In this document: piece after piece, positions 31,248 through 32,606 of the stretch
Layout: each line of letters starts with the position of its first letter
Position numbering within the stretch: the first letter of the stretch is position 1
From: a virus
Reading direction: 5' to 3' (one strand)
DNA length: 32,606 nucleotides
IMG/VR virus record: IMGVR_UViG_3300045988_166454
Location: 1-32,606 of that record
The notes under the pieces: model-generated
The model's input: the letters and a program-made list of their open reading frames with translations, nothing else
Database searches by the model: none
Told to the model about the DNA's origin: nothing
Program-made: the position numbers and the translations under genes

Positions 31248-32441
31248 GTGGATATCGGGGATGTGAAAAAGCTGGCCGCTGCCAATCGTGAGGCTGCTAG
31301 GATCGCGTCCGATCGTGTGGGGCAGCTTTGGGAAAGTCTGGAGGCTCTCGATACAGATACTCTCGGCGAGACACTGCGAGAGCTTTATCCCCGTCTTGTC
31401 GAAGAACATGCGGAAATGGCTGCCTCGGCTGCTGTCGAGTGGTATGAGGACGCGCGTACGGCAGCTGGCATCACCGCGCAGTATTCTCCGGAGATCCCCG
31501 CGAACCTCATTGACTATCCCAAGACGACGCGCGTAATCGAAGAGGCGATCGCGGCGATCGACCAGCGAGGCCGAGCGATAGCGGTGAAGATCCTCCAGCA
31601 ACGCGCTAAGCAGCTCGTAACTAGCGCGGGTCGGGAGACAGGGGCTTCGCTTGCCCGTCGTGATCCATCTGAACCGCGATACGCTCGTGTGCCGACAGGT
31701 GCGACGACGTGCGCGTGGTGCATCATGTGGGCAGGCCGAGGATTCATCTACAAGAACGAGGAAACGGCACGATTTACACGGTCGCACAGCGATTGCGACT
31801 GCCAGATCGTGCCATCGTGGTCGAGCAACCCGCTGATTCGAGGATATAACCAGAGCGGCTACGAGGCGATGTACAAGGCTGCTAAAGAAGACCTCCTTTT
31901 GGAGGGTGCTCTTGGCGATGAAAAAAGCATCGCTGCGCGTATACGCATGCTCTTCGCGAAAGAAGCCAGCGACGGGCATCCTGTCCCTAACGCTTCTAGA
32001 GATGGAACTCTCCAACGGCATACTCTAGAAGCAGACCGTAAGAGCGCAATAGCAGCGCTTCAACGGAAACCGAAAGACAGGGAAAAGCGGCTCATCCCTC
32101 CGCGCGCTATGACCCAAGCACCGCAAGAGTGGCCGGAAGACTTACCTGAAATTCGGGCAATGACCTTGCGTCACATCCTTTATGGCACAAAGGGCGGCGG
32201 AGGGCACTTGCACGGATACGGGTGGAGGTTTGACGGAAGCGAATTCCCCAAGTCGTGGGACGAAACGCATATCCTGCAAGCGGCTGAAGAGCTGCTGCGA
32301 TCGGGAATAACACCAACCGGGCCGAAGGGCGCCAAACTCGTAGGAGAGCACGACGGAATCAAGATCGCAGTCGTCTACTCCTACGACGGAGTTAAGCGCG
32401 GCAAAATTAAGAGTATCTATCCAATCAGAGCGACTAGATAG
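31248..32441 (+). CDS. MuF/SPP1-gp7-like head morphogenesis protein fused to a C-terminal EndoU-like toxin domain
   Basis: MuF signature TGATTCAWCIMWAGRGFIY...HSDCDCQIVPSW (aa ~150-191). The C-terminal ~95 aa read HILYGTKGGGGHLHGYGW...SEFPKSWDETHIL...IKIAVVY...IKSIYPI. Confidence 0.75.
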   Translation: MDIGDVKKLAAANREAARIASDRVGQLWESLEALDTDTLGETLRELYPRLVEEHAEMAASAAVEWYEDARTAAGITAQYSPEIPANLIDYPKTTRVIEEAIAAIDQRGRAIAVKILQQRAKQLVTSAGRETGASLARRDPSEPRYARVPTGATTCAWCIMWAGRGFIYKNEETARFTRSHSDCDCQIVPSWSSNPLIRGYNQSGYEAMYKAAKEDLLLEGALGDEKSIAARIRMLFAKEASDGHPVPNASRDGTLQRHTLEADRKSAIAALQRKPKDREKRLIPPRAMTQAPQEWPEDLPEIRAMTLRHILYGTKGGGGHLHGYGWRFDGSEFPKSWDETHILQAAEELLRSGITPTGPKGAKLVGEHDGIKIAVVYSYDGVKRGKIKSIYPIRATR

Positions 32442-32455
32442 GGTATACTTCGTCT

Positions 32456-32606
32456 ATGGAATCGCGTGACACCCCAACAAAGTTTGTCCTCGACGTGGTC
32501 GCGCTTTTGGAAGCGTTAGACGACCGCGAATATATTCCTGTCTTCTTAGAGATGCTCGAATACGACGGCCCGGACGTAGAGGGCGCAGTCGCTGCGCTTG
32601 TCGAGC
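32456..32606 (+). CDS. 5' part of the candidate immunity gene (continues at 1..186)
   Basis: ATG 14 nt after the toxin stop. The ORF is open to the window end, and the sequence overlap with 1..55 proves continuity. Confidence 0.55.
   Translation, partial: MESRDTPTKFVLDVVALLEALDDREYIPVFLEMLEYDGPDVEGAVAALVE
32551..32606 (+). repeat. Terminal overlap identical to the window start (circular-assembly signature)
   Basis: atgctcgaatacgacggcccggacgtagagggcgcagtcgctgcgcttgtcgagc is present at both ends. Confidence 0.9.

Larger units (their letters stand above)
1..32606. mobile_element. Complete temperate siphovirus-like phage/prophage genome, circularly closed contig (~32.55 kb unique)
   Basis: Full set of terminase, portal, capsid, tail, lysis, integrase, repressor and early modules. 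Positions 1..~55 are identical to 32551..end. An ORF starting at 32456 continues in frame into 1..186. Confidence 0.85.

Noticed and set aside
30903-32021. 372-aa - strand ORF antisense to the portal and MuF genes
   Set aside because: It spans two confident + strand genes and their intergenic gap. Its composition is that of a shadow ORF.
32551-32606. Direct terminal repeat as true phage physical ends
   Set aside because: The repeat interrupts an ORF far from the HNH/terminase cos-like region, and its ~55-nt length is typical of assembler k-mer overlap on circular contigs.

Overview
The window is a complete, circularly closed genome of about 32.55 kb. The first ~55 nt recur at the 3' end. It is a temperate siphovirus-type phage or excised prophage of a high-GC Gram-positive host; a WhiB gene and several apparently leaderless starts point to Actinomycetota. 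Gene order follows the usual modules. (1) The late operon on the + strand runs HNH, small and large terminase, portal and a MuF-like protein, then wraps across the junction to scaffold, major capsid, connector proteins, major tail, -1 frameshifted chaperone, tape measure, FN3-rich distal tail protein, tail tip and collar-domain fibre. (2) The lysis cassette has two endolysins (CHAP and amidase_2) that share a C-terminal wall-binding module, an inserted membrane-protein gene with its own terminator, a holin and a TM/coiled-coil protein. (3) The lysogeny region has an orphan XRE gene bracketed by 60-bp repeats, an attP-like repeat field, a tyrosine integrase, two unknown genes, ImmA/IrrE plus an XRE repressor on the - strand, and a back-to-back promoter switch. 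(4) The early genes are Cro-like, Xis-like, WhiB, DUF4406-like, SSB, RusA, small zinc ribbons, an HNH-fusion protein containing an iteron-like array, and a C5 DNA methyltransferase. The most notable points are listed here. (a) The MuF head-morphogenesis protein ends in an EndoU-like toxin domain, and a candidate immunity gene follows it across the circular junction. (b) A 419-bp cassette is bounded by perfect 19-bp direct repeats and carries an antisense gene inside the early operon. (c) An unknown gene pair sits behind a perfect 18-bp-arm palindrome in the integrase-repressor slot. (d) An 11-bp-period repeat array lies inside a coding region and is a candidate origin. No rRNA, tRNA or CRISPR array was seen. 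All family assignments come from motif recognition by eye, not from searches.
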